64,000 nt of DNA from a virus: the IMG/VR virus record IMGVR_UViG_3300045988_175656, one strand, 5' to 3'. How positions within the stretch are numbered: the stretch's first letter is position 1; every line of letters starts with the position of its first letter. A program made the position numbers and the translations under genes. Positions 62,493-64,000 of the stretch are shown here, piece by piece. The notes beneath the pieces are model-generated. The model had not been told where the DNA came from. It ran no database searches and saw only the letters and a list, made by a program, of their open reading frames with translations.

Positions 62493-62828
62493 TTAATCTT
62501 TAATTGGTACAATTTTATATCCACAATCTTTTAATGCTTCTTCCATAAAAGCCATTCCACAGTTACTACCTAACCATTGAATAATAGTTGATGCAATTAG
62601 TTTATCATTTGGTGACATAACATGATGCCAAGAACCATCATCAGCAATAAAAAGGTCTTGAAGTATTCCATTCCCTCGATTAATCCAAGAACATTTAGTA
62701 TTGTTCTTTCTCCAATGTTTAGAAAATGCTTCTTCTCTTGGATTTGTTTCATTCAATCTATGATTATGAAATCCAATATAACGTTTGCCAATTGTTTTAG
62801 CTTTTTGTTTCATTTCTTCACTATCCAT
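62493..62828 (-). CDS. hypothetical protein
   Basis: Start moved to the ATG at 62828 (MDSEEMKQ...), downstream of the promoter box. Confidence 0.55.
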   Translation of the reverse strand: MDSEEMKQKAKTIGKRYIGFHNHRLNETNPREEAFSKHWRKNNTKCSWINRGNGILQDLFIADDGSWHHVMSPNDKLIASTIIQWLGSNCGMAFMEEALKDCGYKIVPIKD

Positions 62829-62853
62829 ATATAAATCTATTTTTAATACTATG

Positions 62854-62861
62854 CAAATATA
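62854..62861 (-). promoter_or_regulatory. -7 box TATATTTG (minus strand)
   Basis: The plus strand reads CAAATATA. The minus strand reads TCGTATATTTGCATA. Confidence 0.5.
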
Positions 62862-62917
62862 CGAATTAATTATGAACAAAGAAAAAATATTTTAATAAAA
62901 TATGTGAATTTTTGCGA

Positions 62918-63029
62918 TTAGTTTAATAATAATTATTAAACTAATTAACAACACAGAAAAATGTCATCTCTGTAACCATATATGGCGTTATATGGGAAAG
63001 TCCCTCAAAATTTTTTGAGGGATTTTTTG
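62918..63029 (+). pseudogene. orphan MASTF leader: palindrome variant plus ~55 nt plus terminator (gene remnant or small RNA)
   Basis: TTAGTTTAATAATAATTATTAAACTAA at 62918-62944 is a compensated A/T variant. It is followed only by a 4-codon ATG (62961) and a stray ATGGCG (62982), then the terminator TCCCTCAAAATTTTTTGAGGGATTTTTT (63001-63029). Confidence 0.5.
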
Positions 63030-63052
63030 TTATATAATGTTATTTTTTTAAG

Positions 63053-63077
63053 TAGTTTACTAATAATTAGTAAACTA
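63053..63077 (+). promoter_or_regulatory. MASTF-leader palindrome, copy 13
   Basis: TAGTTTACTAATAATTAGTAAACTA, preceded by TGTTATTTTTTT. Confidence 0.85.
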
Positions 63078-63085
63078 ACAAAACA

Positions 63086-63451
63086 ATGGCAAGCGAATTT
63101 AGAATTTACCAATATGGTAAACCAAAACCTATTACAGTAAAATGGAGTATGGTAAATAACATGCAAAATCCACCTGCTTGTATTCAATCATTCCATTTTT
63201 ATTTTAATAATGGAAAAACTATAAATATACAAGGTGGTGGTGGAATATGTTATGGTAGTACAAGAAATGGTACTATAAGTGGGATAGCATCTGCAAGCGA
63301 TTTTCCACTCACAATAACATCTTATGAATATCAATATTCTAGTAATCCTAATACCTCTGGAATGAACTATTCTGTAAACATTTCATCTTATACATATAGT
63401 GATTATCAACAAGGAAAAACATTAGAAATTACAGTTAACAGTTATATTTAA
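63086..63451 (+). CDS. MASTF-family protein 12 (variant MASEF)
   Basis: N-terminus MASEFRIYQYGKP. Confidence 0.7.
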   Translation: MASEFRIYQYGKPKPITVKWSMVNNMQNPPACIQSFHFYFNNGKTINIQGGGGICYGSTRNGTISGIASASDFPLTITSYEYQYSSNPNTSGMNYSVNISSYTYSDYQQGKTLEITVNSYI

Positions 63452-63457
63452 TCTTAT

Positions 63458-63475
63458 TGTACTCAATTGAGTACA
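63458..63475. repeat. perfect palindrome TGTACTCAATTGAGTACA (copy 2)
   Basis: Lies 7 nt after the stop of the 63086 gene and is identical to the core at 58868-58885. Confidence 0.85.
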
Positions 63476-63490
63476 TTTAACTTGCTATAT

Positions 63491-63545
63491 AAAAATAAGA
63501 TTACCTAACCTTAGTTATCACGCTAAAAGTTAGGTAATCTTTTTA
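63491..63545. terminator. bidirectional terminator
   Basis: 13-bp stem AAGATTACCTAAC (63497-63509) and GTTAGGTAATCTT (63529-63541), flanked by A5 and T-run. Confidence 0.7.
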
Positions 63546-63554
63546 ATTTAAGTA

Positions 63555-64000
63555 TTATGCTGCAATTAACAAATCAAACGCTTTTTGACATTTCTTGTAA
63601 GCATCACCATCAATAAGGCTGTTGAATCTTTCTTCTGCACCATTCTTATACGTTTTGTTGTTATTGTAGAATGATGTAAACCCATTGTACACCCACAACT
63701 TAGTACCTCTCCAATATTCTTGACCAACACCATTCTCTATTGTATCACGCAAATCTTGAATCTGATTTTTTGCTCGTGTTGAAATTTCTTCAACTGAATC
63801 AATGTTCATGTTTGCCATTTTCAGCAATTTCATTTGTGCATCATTCAAGAATACATTTGCAACAGTTTCTTTAATCTGTGCATCTGTAAATGATTGTTGT
63901 GTAAGGTTATTCAAATATGCTTCAACATTCTGTCTGTAAAGTCCATGAAGCCCAAGTACTTGCTTTGCTTTCTTCAAGTTTTCTTCATCAGAAAAATCCA
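63555..64000 (-). CDS. DUF932-like phage/plasmid protein, C-terminal part (continues past right edge)
   Basis: The frame stays open to nt 64000, and the track start is a TTG. The C-terminus WRGTKLWVYNGFTSFYNN...RFNSLIDGDAYKKCQKAFDLL resembles the DUF932 tail. Confidence 0.5.
   Translation of the reverse strand, partial: DFSDEENLKKAKQVLGLHGLYRQNVEAYLNNLTQQSFTDAQIKETVANVFLNDAQMKLLKMANMNIDSVEEISTRAKNQIQDLRDTIENGVGQEYWRGTKLWVYNGFTSFYNNNKTYKNGAEERFNSLIDGDAYKKCQKAFDLLIAA

Noticed and set aside
1-64000. Stop-codon reassignment (alternative genetic code), as in some large gut phages
   Set aside because: TAA, TAG and TGA all terminate well-delimited ORFs that abut the next start (for example TAG at 23215, 25667 and 29110, and TGA at 3945, 8979 and 13671). 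Gene packing is continuous under the standard code.
1-64000. tRNA or other canonical RNA genes in the intergenic gaps (8279-8639, 22125-22333, 23218-23322, 25867-25954, 59355-59530, 62880-63085)
   Set aside because: No cloverleaf-compatible stems or conserved T-loop (GTTCxAxxC) were seen. The gaps are too AT-rich and are explained by promoters, terminators and leader palindromes.

Overview
The window is AT-rich (about 70% A+T by eye) and tightly packed with genes. It reads as a segment of a large dsDNA phage, most likely one infecting a Bacteroidota host. The host inference rests on at least 15 promoters matching the Bacteroides -33 TTTG / -7 TAnnTTTG consensus, BACON-like and BspA-type LRR domains, and one lipobox protein. 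All calls come from reading the sequence and ORF track; no database search was run. I saw no rRNA or tRNA.

Main content:
1. Left edge: a TnpB/Cas12-family RuvC nuclease, open to the window edge, followed 244 nt later by a same-strand CRISPR array of 10 repeats and 9 spacers. No adaptation genes lie downstream.
2. 2.3-37 kb: a long plus-strand train of small genes, punctuated by conserved terminator-plus-promoter cassettes.
3. A scattered RNA-repair and NAD-related gene set: two RNA ligases, Tpt1/KptA, a CCA-adding enzyme, RlaP-type nucleotidyltransferases, a HAD phosphatase, metallophosphoesterases, a macro domain and NadD.
4. A LAGLIDADG intein inserted right after the GNHD motif of a metallophosphoesterase, plus two Vsr/DUF559-type endonuclease genes.
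5. 42-57 kb: an adhesin and tail-fibre block with a coiled-coil fibre, two tandem LRR paralogs and a 1001-aa BspA-like LRR protein.
6. The most unusual feature: 12 genes plus 1 orphan copy, on both strands, each preceded by a 25-29 nt palindrome (TTTAGTTTACTAATAATTAGTAAACTAAA). Each gene starts with the same N-terminus, M-A-S-T-F-x-I-x-Q-x-G, and the proteins are unrelated after that.

Most other ORFs have no recognisable function.
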